Made by a program: the position numbers and the translations under genes
In this document: piece after piece, positions 37,103-46,255 of the stretch
How the letters are laid out: each line of letters opens with the position of its first letter
Position numbering within the stretch: position 1 is the stretch's first letter
The notes under the pieces: generated by a model
Seen by the model: only the letters and a program-made list of their open reading frames with translations
Database searches by the model: none
Told to the model about the DNA's origin: nothing
Virus record (IMG/VR): IMGVR_UViG_3300020362_000001
Length of the DNA: 64,000 nt
Strand: one strand, 5' to 3'
DNA from: an uncultured virus (IMG/VR IMGVR_UViG_3300020362_000001)
Lineage: Duplodnaviria > Heunggongvirae > Uroviricota > Caudoviricetes

Positions 37103-38116
37103 ATGGACAAGCTTAAACTCAGATATCTTATCCGAGAGGCTATAGAAAACGTTGTTAATGTTTCATCAAAGTTCTCTGTAGGTGATAAGGTAACTACAGT
37201 AGATGGTGATACCGCTAAAGTTACTATGGCGGAACACCCCTTTTATACTGTTGAGTTAGAGGAAACCGGAACTACAAAATCTTTTAACTTTAAAGATTTA
37301 GCTCCATTTCAAGAAAAAGAAATTTCTAAAACATCTGAGGGCATTACACTACAAGAAGGAGTAAATGCCTCTCCTGGTTTAATGTTCCATCAACAACATA
37401 ATAAACCACTATCAGAATGTGTTTTTAGAATTGGTTCTAAGTCATATGTAGATTTTTATGCAGAGGCAAGAGAATTATTCAACGAAGGAGTTTTAAAAAT
37501 AAATGAAGGTGATAAAATTTTAATTAGAAATACGGATATTGGTGAATATGGAATATTTGAAGGTGAGAAAGTACCCTTAGACATTCCTTTTATTAATGAA
37601 GATAAAGATACTAATATAGTAATGTATCTTATTCAACTTAAACAAGAACTTAGAAAAAAAGGGTATAAAGTTAAGGTAGGAAGACCTTCTAAATTTGATA
37701 ATAGAATTGGAATACAATATGATGAGGATAATGAACGTGATCTAGATGGATTAATATCTACTTTGGATGATATGCTTGGTAAACAAGGATATAGATTATT
37801 TTCTGATACTAATCAACCTATGTTAGAAGCTGAATTTAGAGGAAAAAATGTTAAATTAAATTCTCCTAAACGTGGTGGTTCTAAGGCTTATTATGTTTAT
37901 GTTAAAAACCCTAAAACAGGTAGAGTTAAAAAAGTATCATTTGGTTCTGGAGGATTAAGAGCAAAGATTAATAACCCCAAAGCACGTAAAGCATTTTCTG
38001 CACGTCATAATTGTCCTAATAAAAAAGACAGAACAAAAGCAGGATATTGGTCATGTAATTTACCAAGATATGCAAAGCAACTTGGTTTAGGTGCTAATAA
38101 AAACACTTTTTGGTAA
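37103..38116 (+). CDS. Modular protein (SH3-like module ... basic ARHxC/YWSC module)
   Basis: Leader MDKLKLRYLIRE; FSVGDKV; C-terminal KKVSFG...ARKAFSARHNC...AGYWSC. Confidence 0.75.
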   Translation: MDKLKLRYLIREAIENVVNVSSKFSVGDKVTTVDGDTAKVTMAEHPFYTVELEETGTTKSFNFKDLAPFQEKEISKTSEGITLQEGVNASPGLMFHQQHNKPLSECVFRIGSKSYVDFYAEARELFNEGVLKINEGDKILIRNTDIGEYGIFEGEKVPLDIPFINEDKDTNIVMYLIQLKQELRKKGYKVKVGRPSKFDNRIGIQYDEDNERDLDGLISTLDDMLGKQGYRLFSDTNQPMLEAEFRGKNVKLNSPKRGGSKAYYVYVKNPKTGRVKKVSFGSGGLRAKINNPKARKAFSARHNCPNKKDRTKAGYWSCNLPRYAKQLGLGANKNTFW

Positions 38117-38117
38117 A

Positions 38118-38378
38118 ATGGCAACATATAAAGATTATATATATAAAGGATATCATGTAAGACACTTTTCAGAAGATGTTGAAATGGATGAATTAGTATG
38201 GCATCGTGATAGAAAAGATAGAGATATAACTCCTATAGGAGAAACAGATTGGCAAATTCAATTTGATGATGAATTACCTCAACCCATAAATGATTGTATT
38301 TTTATCCCAGAAGGCACTTGGCATAGGGTAATAAAAGGTAGTGGGTGTTTAAAAATATTAATAAACGAATATGCTTAG
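38118..38378 (+). CDS. Cupin-fold protein
   Basis: LVWHRD...FIPEGTWHRVIKG; ATG 38118 preferred. Confidence 0.7.
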   Translation: MATYKDYIYKGYHVRHFSEDVEMDELVWHRDRKDRDITPIGETDWQIQFDDELPQPINDCIFIPEGTWHRVIKGSGCLKILINEYA

Positions 38379-38502
38379 TTTTATTTATATAACGATATTA
38401 GTAGGGGTCGCTGTAGGTGGCTTAGTTGTTGCTTTAAGAAATAAATCCAAAGCTGGTTGCTGCGGAACAAATTGTGGATGTCATGAAAATAGAACAAATT
38501 AA
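38371..38502 (+). CDS. Small TM plus Cys-rich protein (FeoB-associated Cys-rich-like, 43 aa)
   Basis: Hand-translated MLSFIYITILVGVAVGGLVVALRNKSKAGCCGTNCGCHENRTN. Confidence 0.6.
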   Translation: MLSFIYITILVGVAVGGLVVALRNKSKAGCCGTNCGCHENRTN

Positions 38503-39892
38503 AAAAATATTTGAGGAAGACGAAAGTCTAAAATATGCTTTAGCTACTAATATAGCTAAATATGGACGTCCTCAATCTAAAAAATCTGATAAACCCGCTA
38601 AACTAACTAAAAGTTTAGAAAAAAAAAGAGAAAAAGCAGTAAAAGACCTAAAAAAATCCATGGATGAAGGAAAAATGAAATCAGGTACATATGCTGGTAG
38701 AGCAGTTGTTGTTTATATGAATGGACCTGAAACAGAATGGAAAGTAAAATTTACAAATAGTGGTAAAGTTGTTGATTATATAGATTTAATGGCTAATCTT
38801 AAATTTGATGATGGGACTACTTATCAAGATTATTTAGGTGTTAATGTAAAAGAACAAGATATGGGTTCCCCATTTCCTGGTCCTAATTTTGATAATAAAG
38901 GATATATAGCCGCTAGAAAGCTTATTGATAGATTAAGAGCAACTACATTTAGAAAATTAAATGATGATGAATTGGAAGAATTTAGAAAAACAATAGCTGA
39001 TGCTTTTGATATGACATTAAAGGAAGCTTTTAGTGGTTTCATCAAAGGAGAACCAGAAGCTCCAGATTCTACCCCATTTAAACCAACAGGATCAGTATCT
39101 CAATTTCAAGAAGATTTAAGAGCATTATTTGGTAAATTTAAAGATGATTTAAGAAATCCTGATTTTATAAGAGGAGTAGGTGAAATAATGGTTAATTGGA
39201 AATCACTTTTAAGAAGTCAATTTGATGAAGGTGATACTTACGAAAAAATGGCCGCTAAGGGTAAAAAAGCTGGTAATTTAAAGCAAGGTACTGTTAGAAA
39301 AAGATTAGGTATTCCTAAGGATAAAAAAATTCCATTAAGTTTAATTAATAAGGAATTATCCCGTATGAAAAAAATGGATAAGGATGATGATAAAAAAGGA
39401 GTTCAATTAGGAGATAAAAATCAAAAATATTATAAAGCATTACAATTAGCTAAAACATTAAAAACTACAACTAATTTAAATGAAGATTTAAGTACTCTTA
39501 AAAGATATAAAGCCCAATTAGATAAATTATATGGTCCTCAATTAAGATTTATTATAAATAATGATCCTAATAATCCTGAAAGAAGTCGTATAGATGTAAG
39601 AGGTTCACAACAAGAATTATTGAATTTTGGATCCGAAATGCATGGTACAGAAATGGGTGATTATGAATTTTTCCATGTTGATGATATGGATAGAGGAGAA
39701 ATGGTAAGCTTGGTACGTTCTGATAGCATAATGCGTGGTGGAAGTGCCCCAATAGATAAAATTTCAGAAAAAAAAGATAAAACAGATCGTTGTCTTAGAA
39801 TAGCAAGACAAAAAATGCCTAAAACATCTGCGTACCGTTCTGGACTAATTGTAAAGTGTAGAAAAGGAATGATATGGAAGAAAAGAAAGTAA
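38483..39892 (+). CDS. Modular polyprotein-like protein
   Basis: Start MKIEQIKKIFEE (ATG 38483); unrelated modules; C-terminal DRC...SAYRSGLIVKCRKG. Confidence 0.75.
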   Translation: MKIEQIKKIFEEDESLKYALATNIAKYGRPQSKKSDKPAKLTKSLEKKREKAVKDLKKSMDEGKMKSGTYAGRAVVVYMNGPETEWKVKFTNSGKVVDYIDLMANLKFDDGTTYQDYLGVNVKEQDMGSPFPGPNFDNKGYIAARKLIDRLRATTFRKLNDDELEEFRKTIADAFDMTLKEAFSGFIKGEPEAPDSTPFKPTGSVSQFQEDLRALFGKFKDDLRNPDFIRGVGEIMVNWKSLLRSQFDEGDTYEKMAAKGKKAGNLKQGTVRKRLGIPKDKKIPLSLINKELSRMKKMDKDDDKKGVQLGDKNQKYYKALQLAKTLKTTTNLNEDLSTLKRYKAQLDKLYGPQLRFIINNDPNNPERSRIDVRGSQQELLNFGSEMHGTEMGDYEFFHVDDMDRGEMVSLVRSDSIMRGGSAPIDKISEKKDKTDRCLRIARQKMPKTSAYRSGLIVKCRKGMIWKKRK

Positions 39893-40197
39893 AAAAATAT
39901 ACTTCCGAATTTGATCAGGATATAAGAGCTTTTATGAGGGAACTTATAAAAGAATCTTTACGTAACTGGTTTAAAAAAGAAAAATGGGTAAGGATAGATA
40001 CTCAAGGAAATATTACTGGTCCTTGTGGTACAATGAAAAAGGGTAAAGCAACTACTCGTTGTTTACCTCAAGCTAAAGCCAGAAGTTTAACTAAAGCACA
40101 AAGAGCAGCTACTGCAAGAAAAAAAGTAAGAGGATCTAGAAAAGGTAAGCAGTTTGTAAAAAATACTAAAAAGGCAACTGTAAGACTAAGAAAATGA
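39874..40197 (+). CDS. Basic protein, DUF5872-like
   Basis: ESLRNWFKKEKWV...RCLP.AKARSLT...GKQFVKNT. Confidence 0.7.
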   Translation: MEEKKVKKYTSEFDQDIRAFMRELIKESLRNWFKKEKWVRIDTQGNITGPCGTMKKGKATTRCLPQAKARSLTKAQRAATARKKVRGSRKGKQFVKNTKKATVRLRK

Positions 40198-40664
40198 AAT
40201 ATATAATAATAATATTACTTGCTTTTTTTTCTATAAGTTGTGGATCTTACACAATGACTTCGTATTATGACGATATAGAAAATGTATTAGCAATAACTAA
40301 ATCAGGTGATACAATACAAGTACCAATTAGAGAATTCGATAGACGTAAAAACTATGACTACTATACTAGATTTCAATGGAATGAAACATGGTACTGGAAC
40401 AACTGGTTCAACACTAGATATCACTGGGATGGATACTACTACAATCGCCCCAGATATAATTGGTATGGTTCTGTTTGGAATACTACTCCTAGTTATAGCG
40501 CACCTAATAGATCGTTATCTCAACCATCGAAACCAACAAGAATAAGAGTTAATACTCCTAGAGGTTCTAATAATGTTGTCCCTAATAATAGATCAAGAAC
40601 AACACCTAACGTAACTAGAAGTGCTCCTTCTAATTCACCAGGTAGAGGATGTGCTAAATGTTAG
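40194..40664 (+). CDS. Lipoprotein with W/Y-rich middle and R/S/P/N-rich tail
   Basis: MKYIIIILLAFFSIS-C lipobox. Confidence 0.7.
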   Translation: MKYIIIILLAFFSISCGSYTMTSYYDDIENVLAITKSGDTIQVPIREFDRRKNYDYYTRFQWNETWYWNNWFNTRYHWDGYYYNRPRYNWYGSVWNTTPSYSAPNRSLSQPSKPTRIRVNTPRGSNNVVPNNRSRTTPNVTRSAPSNSPGRGCAKC

Positions 40665-40699
40665 ATAAAATTATATATTTATATTAAAATAAACCCACT

Positions 40700-41494
40700 A
40701 TGAGCAAATTTAATTTAAAACAATTTATTACAGAAAATAAAATAGGCCCCTATGCTAAATTAGATGAAGCAGGCCCTGGTTTTGCACATGATTGTGCAGC
40801 ACATGTAGTACATGAAACCTATGGTCATGGAATTTGTTTGGAAGGCCAACATACTTTAGTAGAAAATAAAGAAGGAAATCATGTTGTAACACATTATGAT
40901 GTATTTTTTAAAGAAGGAAGTAAAACAGTAGAAAATATTCCTGTTGAAGAATTAGAAATTATTACTGAAAGTCATCATTCTCATGGTAAAAATAAAAAGA
41001 AAAATGAAAGACTAGATCCAGTGGGTAAAGAAGATGGTGACATTGATAATGATGGTGATAAAGATGAAACTGACAAATATTTGGCTAATAGAAGAAAGGC
41101 AATAGCTAAAGCAATAGCTGATAAAGAAAAAACCGATACTGAAAAAGATGCTAGAAAAGCTAAAGGTATGATGGAAGGAGATTTAGATGTAGGTCACCAA
41201 GATGATGAACCCGGAATGTTAAAAAATAAATTATTTAGAGCAGCTAAAATGGCAGCTATGCTATATAAAAAAGTTGATAAATATGATAAAATGGGTGGTG
41301 AAGTTGATTTTCCAAGTTGGTGGCAAAATAAAATCAATAAATCTCAAGATATGTTACAATCAGCTTATGATTATCTTGACGGTGAAGAAAATGTTGCTAA
41401 ACTAGATGCTATGGCTGAAAAAAAAGTTGAAGTTGATGATGAAACTGAATTTAAACTAAACCTAAGACATCTATTAGATAAACATGCCCAATAA
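40700..41494 (+). CDS. Modular head-associated protein
   Basis: Leader MSKFNLKQFITE; HDCA..V.H module; LDPVGKEDGDIDNDGD module; FPSWWQNKI module; ATATTTAT at 40675. Confidence 0.75.
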   Translation: MSKFNLKQFITENKIGPYAKLDEAGPGFAHDCAAHVVHETYGHGICLEGQHTLVENKEGNHVVTHYDVFFKEGSKTVENIPVEELEIITESHHSHGKNKKKNERLDPVGKEDGDIDNDGDKDETDKYLANRRKAIAKAIADKEKTDTEKDARKAKGMMEGDLDVGHQDDEPGMLKNKLFRAAKMAAMLYKKVDKYDKMGGEVDFPSWWQNKINKSQDMLQSAYDYLDGEENVAKLDAMAEKKVEVDDETEFKLNLRHLLDKHAQ

Positions 41495-43466
41495 AGAAGA
41501 ATTCATACAACTTTTAGAGCAAGAGGTAGAGGATTTTATCCAAACCCAAGCTGAAAAGATTGTCTCATTTGAAGATGATCCTAAAGGTTATATTCTACAA
41601 AAATATCCTTCATTAAAAGGCACTCTACAAGACTTAATGACTACTAGTTTTGATGAGTACATTACAGGTATTTACGTAATGGCTCCCAAACCTACTACAT
41701 TTAAAATATTACTTCATAATGGTCAACAATTTTTCCTAATTTATGCTAAAGATTCTTATATAGCTAAAATACAAGGTAAAAAATATTATTTATTAAATTT
41801 AGGAGAAGAAGAATATGCTATTAAAGCTATAGCTGATTTATTAACTATGGGTATGCCCCCTGGAGCTAAAGGTCCAGATGATGAAGAGGAAAATGATACT
41901 ACTGCGGGCTCAGATGATACTCCGGATGCAGAACCAGCTGATGATGCGGGAGGAGATGAGGAAGATTTATCTGAAAATAAAGAAAAAGATAGCGAAACAG
42001 ATGATTATGGTCGTCCTTTTGTAGATCCTAAAGGTTCAAGAACATATATGGATCCAGATGAAATGTCACCAGCGGCTAGGATAAAAAGAATGATGGGAGA
42101 AAAAAGAATTAAAATTATTAGAGAAAATAAGGTTACAAAAAAAAAACCTATTAGGTTTAGAATTATAAAAGAAGGTTTAACTCCTGCTGAATTAAGTAAA
42201 GATGCTACTCTTCCTGGAGGTGTAAAAACTCCACGTATTGAAATTCTAATTAAAAAAATCCAAAATAACGAAGAATTAGAGTTAACTGATGGAAGTAAAT
42301 TTATAGTAGATAATAAAGAAGAAGTATTATCTCAATTACAAGGTAAAACTAGAATAACTCAAGCTATTAATTTAGTAGATAAAGATGGTAATCAAATTAC
42401 TACTTCTAAATTAAAGAAAACTGCTGAATTTGGTGGTGGTGGAGGAATGAGAGGTGGAAGTGATTTAACCGCTAAAGCTGAATCTGCTCAATGTATAGTA
42501 AATGAAATTAGATATTCTAAGGGTAAATTAACACCCGAAGATGTTAATGATAAAAATATTCAAGATACTAAAGGAAAAGTTCAAATAACCGATTTTGAAG
42601 GTGCAGCCGAATTACTAAAAACCAATACTGGGTGGGTTGATTCAAGTGTTAGTATTGCTAATGAATTGGCTTCTAATTATTCTGGACCTTTTATACAAAA
42701 TAGAGGTTCAGATTGGGTAAAAACATTAGAAGCTGCTGTAAAACCTAAATTACAAGAAGTAGGAATTAAAGATATTAATAAATGGAGCCCTGCTGATATA
42801 TGGATGGTGGCCCCAGATGAAATGAGTATTACTTGGCCTAATTCATTAGGTGATATAAATGCATTATTATTAGAAAAATATAATGAAGGTAAAATAATAG
42901 GTGTATCACTTAAAAAAGCAGGTAAAGAAGCAGCATTACAAGTATTTAACGATCCAACTATAGAAACTACTAGAGTAAAATATAAAGGTATTGATCCTAA
43001 ACCTAATGCAGCTAAAGCATTAATTTTATTTGATGATTCTTCAATAGAATTTAGAAATTTTAGTGGTCTATCTGGTTTTATGGGTGAAATTATAGGTAAA
43101 AAAGCGGCCGGAGGTAAAGTAGGATACTCTATAATTAAAAAAGCATTAAATGATAATGGGATTGAATTATCTAATCCCACTGAAATAAAAGACCAAGTAG
43201 TTGATAATGATCCTAATTTTAAATCTAAATTTAAAACATTATGGAATTCAACAGAAGGTTTAGATAGTGGTGATTTTGAAAAAAACTTTGATAATAAAGA
43301 TAAAACCCCAAATCAAAATTTACTATATAGAATATCAAAATATTTAGCATTAGAAGTAGTTAATGCTATAAACAACTCAGAGGACCCTGACGAAATAGTT
43401 AATGATTTAATAAACTATGCGGCATCAAGTACAAAAGATAGTGCCATATTTGTTAAGGCCTTTTAA
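41484..43466 (+). CDS. Modular protein with C-terminal restriction-endonuclease-like domain
   Basis: KTAEFGG, AESAQC, KWSPADIW...IIGVSLKK. Confidence 0.65.
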   Translation: MPNKEEFIQLLEQEVEDFIQTQAEKIVSFEDDPKGYILQKYPSLKGTLQDLMTTSFDEYITGIYVMAPKPTTFKILLHNGQQFFLIYAKDSYIAKIQGKKYYLLNLGEEEYAIKAIADLLTMGMPPGAKGPDDEEENDTTAGSDDTPDAEPADDAGGDEEDLSENKEKDSETDDYGRPFVDPKGSRTYMDPDEMSPAARIKRMMGEKRIKIIRENKVTKKKPIRFRIIKEGLTPAELSKDATLPGGVKTPRIEILIKKIQNNEELELTDGSKFIVDNKEEVLSQLQGKTRITQAINLVDKDGNQITTSKLKKTAEFGGGGGMRGGSDLTAKAESAQCIVNEIRYSKGKLTPEDVNDKNIQDTKGKVQITDFEGAAELLKTNTGWVDSSVSIANELASNYSGPFIQNRGSDWVKTLEAAVKPKLQEVGIKDINKWSPADIWMVAPDEMSITWPNSLGDINALLLEKYNEGKIIGVSLKKAGKEAALQVFNDPTIETTRVKYKGIDPKPNAAKALILFDDSSIEFRNFSGLSGFMGEIIGKKAAGGKVGYSIIKKALNDNGIELSNPTEIKDQVVDNDPNFKSKFKTLWNSTEGLDSGDFEKNFDNKDKTPNQNLLYRISKYLALEVVNAINNSEDPDEIVNDLINYAASSTKDSAIFVKAF

Positions 43467-43488
43467 TATTTATAATAAATAAAATAAA

Positions 43489-44022
43489 ATGGACAACTTT
43501 AACTTTAAAAAATATTTAGCGGAAGGTCGCTTATTAAAGGAACAATTAAAGGATATAAAAGATATTATAACTAAAGCGGGAATTAATCTTGATGATGGTA
43601 TCCTAGGTGGTGTTGGATCAGGTGGTGCTGGTTATTATGATTTTTTATCTGATAGAATAGTTGGCCCCCAAGGTGGTAAATTTAACGAGGAAGAATTTAG
43701 CAAATGGTATGATAATTTTTCAAAAGAAGACTTTGCGGAATTTAGATATGAAAAAGAATTTTCTGAAGAAAATGAAGATGGAGTTAATTATGACATGATA
43801 GGACAAATTAATCCTGGTATTTATGCTGTTGGTAATATGGGTTATGCCCAAATTCATGATAATGGTGATATTCAATTATTTGCTACACCTACATTAGGTG
43901 ATGATGATATTACAAAAGAACTAGAACCAATCTTTACTATGGATTCTAGCGGTAATGCAGTTCCAGCAATGGATAGAGAAGAAGTAAAATCTAAATTACA
44001 ACAAGGATTTGTAATCTTGTAA
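43489..44022 (+). CDS. Acidic protein with capsid-targeting-like leader
   Basis: MDNFNFKKYLAEGRLLKEQ; ATATTTAT at 43466-43473. Confidence 0.7.
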   Translation: MDNFNFKKYLAEGRLLKEQLKDIKDIITKAGINLDDGILGGVGSGGAGYYDFLSDRIVGPQGGKFNEEEFSKWYDNFSKEDFAEFRYEKEFSEENEDGVNYDMIGQINPGIYAVGNMGYAQIHDNGDIQLFATPTLGDDDITKELEPIFTMDSSGNAVPAMDREEVKSKLQQGFVIL

Positions 44023-44074
44023 ATAAAAAACTTATAGACTGATTCATAGCCAGTCGATTTTAAAAAAATATAGG

Positions 44075-44111
44075 AGCTGTGGCCCAATTATTGGAGCCAC
44101 AGCTTTTTTTT
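44075..44111 (+). terminator. Rho-independent terminator
   Basis: AGCTGTGGC-CCAA/TTGG-A-GCCACAGCT stem followed by a T-run. Confidence 0.85.
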
Positions 44112-44119
44112 CGTATATT
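44091..44119 (+). promoter_or_regulatory. Class A promoter TTGG-N17-CGTATATT overlapping the terminator
   Basis: Exact spacing; upstream of the FAD oxidoreductase. Confidence 0.7.
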
Positions 44120-44139
44120 AACATATAAAACTGTAGTAA

Positions 44140-45432
44140 ATGAATATATTAATTATTGGAGCAGGTGTAGCAGGTGTGAATGCCGCCACTAAACTAATTG
44201 ATAATAATTTTAAAGGTAAAATTACCATTATTGATATGGGTAAAAACCCATATGAAAGACCATACGAAGAGGTAATGACAGGATTTTTGGGTGCTGGAGG
44301 TTGGTCTGATGGAAAGTTGACTTACCACACTTCTATTGGAGGTCAACTTTCAAAATATTGTGGAGACGAAAAAGCAATGGAATTAATGGATCAAGTAATT
44401 GAAAACTTTAAACGTTTCCACCCTAAACCAGAAGCGGTTCAATGTTCTAACCCAGTAGCTGAACCTGATTTTATTAAACCATATTTTGGCTTACGTTTAT
44501 TTCCAGTTTGGCACGTAGGTACTGATTATTTACATGAAATAGGTAAAAATTGGTATGATTTTTTAATTAATAATGGTGTTGAATTTTTATGGGAAACTAA
44601 AGTTACTGATATTAATTTTAATGATAGTATAGTAAGAGCGGATTCGGAAAACTCACAAACTATTAGATCATATGATAAATTAATATTTGGTGTAGGTAAA
44701 TCTGGTATTGATTTTGGTAAGGAATTAGCAGATAAATATGAATTACCTACAGAACCTAAATCAGTTCAAATAGGTGTTAGATTTGAAGCACCACAAAAAC
44801 ACTTCCAAAAATTAATTGATGTATCTTATGATTTTAAATTATATAGAAAATTTGAAGATAAAGGTGTATCATTAAGATCATTTTGTACTAATAATAATGC
44901 CGCTTATGTTGCAGTAGAGGAAACTTATGGTGATCACAGTTATAATGGTCACGCTAAAAAAGATGAGGCATTTAGAAACGATATGACTAACTTTGGTATT
45001 TTAATGGAAATACAAGGTATAGAGGAACCATTTGCTTGGTCCAGAAAAGTAGTTAATTCTATACAAAAAGATGGGACAGGTTTATATTTTAGCCCATCCA
45101 GAAGGCCATCTAAAACATCTGAAGGTGCGGATGTTTCATCTATTATGATAAATAGGGATCAATTGGATATAGTTCGTAATCAATTTAATGGGTATTTTCA
45201 ATATATTGATGATTTTATTGAGGATATGAAAAAGGTATTTCCAACTTTAAGACACGATTGGGGCATTTACATACCAGAGGTCAAATATTTATCACCAGAA
45301 CCCCTAGTTAATTATAATAACTTAAGTTTAACTAAATATGAAAATATCCATTTCGTCGGAGATGCCCTCTCAGCTAGAGGAATTACTGTCAGCGGAGCAC
45401 AAGGAATCTTCGTTGCCGAAAGCCTTATCTAA
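44140..45432 (+). CDS. FAD-dependent oxidoreductase (uncharacterised COG2509-like)
   Basis: IIGAGVAG, GFLGAGGWSDGKL, IGVRFE, RSFCTN, HFVGD..ARGI..S..QG. Confidence 0.85.
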   Translation: MNILIIGAGVAGVNAATKLIDNNFKGKITIIDMGKNPYERPYEEVMTGFLGAGGWSDGKLTYHTSIGGQLSKYCGDEKAMELMDQVIENFKRFHPKPEAVQCSNPVAEPDFIKPYFGLRLFPVWHVGTDYLHEIGKNWYDFLINNGVEFLWETKVTDINFNDSIVRADSENSQTIRSYDKLIFGVGKSGIDFGKELADKYELPTEPKSVQIGVRFEAPQKHFQKLIDVSYDFKLYRKFEDKGVSLRSFCTNNNAAYVAVEETYGDHSYNGHAKKDEAFRNDMTNFGILMEIQGIEEPFAWSRKVVNSIQKDGTGLYFSPSRRPSKTSEGADVSSIMINRDQLDIVRNQFNGYFQYIDDFIEDMKKVFPTLRHDWGIYIPEVKYLSPEPLVNYNNLSLTKYENIHFVGDALSARGITVSGAQGIFVAESLI

Positions 45433-45613
45433 TACTGAATTAGAGCAATTACTTGACGCTATAAATTTATATTTTTTATTTAATTATAACGAATCGGATT
45501 TTTCTAAGAAGGATAAAATTGAGGAAATAAGATTATTTTTAGATTTACGCCATGAGGTTTTAACTCAATATAGAAATAAAAATAATGATTAATATTTATT
45601 TACACACCTCAAT

Positions 45614-45937
45614 ATGGAAGAAAACATTATCCATTTACTTATAGCCCTAATCTCAGCACTTGGTAGTGTTGGAGCATGGAGATTTTATGAAACTAAAGTA
45701 AGATTAAAATCCGCTAAGGAGGGTAATCCACAACAAGCTAACGAAAATTTCATTCAGGATTTGCAAGCTAGAGTTGCTAAATTAGAGTGTTTATTAATAG
45801 AATCTTCTGAAGAAAAAGATGAAATGAGAGAAACTATTACTAGTTTATCATCTGAAGTTTCGGGTTTAAAAGTTAAAATTGAATTTTTAGAGGAAGAAAA
45901 TGCATATTTGAAAGGTAAAACATCTCGTAAAAAATAG
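45614..45937 (+). CDS. N-terminal TM plus coiled-coil protein (possible lysis-related)
   Basis: LLIALISALGSVGAW then heptads; ATATTTAT at 45592. Confidence 0.65.
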   Translation: MEENIIHLLIALISALGSVGAWRFYETKVRLKSAKEGNPQQANENFIQDLQARVAKLECLLIESSEEKDEMRETITSLSSEVSGLKVKIEFLEEENAYLKGKTSRKK

Positions 45938-45968
45938 TTGGATACCTTAAATATCTTTCGTATATTTA
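45938..45968 (+). promoter_or_regulatory. Class A promoter TTGG-N17-CGTATATTTA
   Basis: Exact spacing; upstream of ORF 45983. Confidence 0.75.
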
Positions 45969-45982
45969 CGCGTTAATTTTAA

Positions 45983-46255
45983 ATGTTATGTTATATGTCT
46001 ATGAGATACCCTAAAAAGAAAGACGATTGGCGAACTAGATCAATCACAACCCCTGAAGGAGTTACAATTACATTTTTTGATAATAAACTCCATAATTGGA
46101 ATGGCCCTGCCATTAGATACCCTAGAAGTTTTAAGAAAAAACCAGAATATTATTTATATGGCTTTTTGAAAACTAGAGATGAATGGATGGAATTAAGAAG
46201 AGATAGAAATGGTGTTCCACCAGATAAAAATCCTCAAGTTCAATCTAGATTTTAA
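45983..46255 (+). CDS. Hypothetical protein (LH..GPA..EYY motif)
   Basis: KLHNWNGPAI...EYYLYG; exact start uncertain. Confidence 0.65.
   Translation: MLCYMSMRYPKKKDDWRTRSITTPEGVTITFFDNKLHNWNGPAIRYPRSFKKKPEYYLYGFLKTRDEWMELRRDRNGVPPDKNPQVQSRF

Noticed and set aside
45338..45592. 84-aa ORF overlapping the FAD gene end
   Set aside because: The 3' part may be a real small gene filling 45432-45592, but no convincing start or motif was found, so it is not called.
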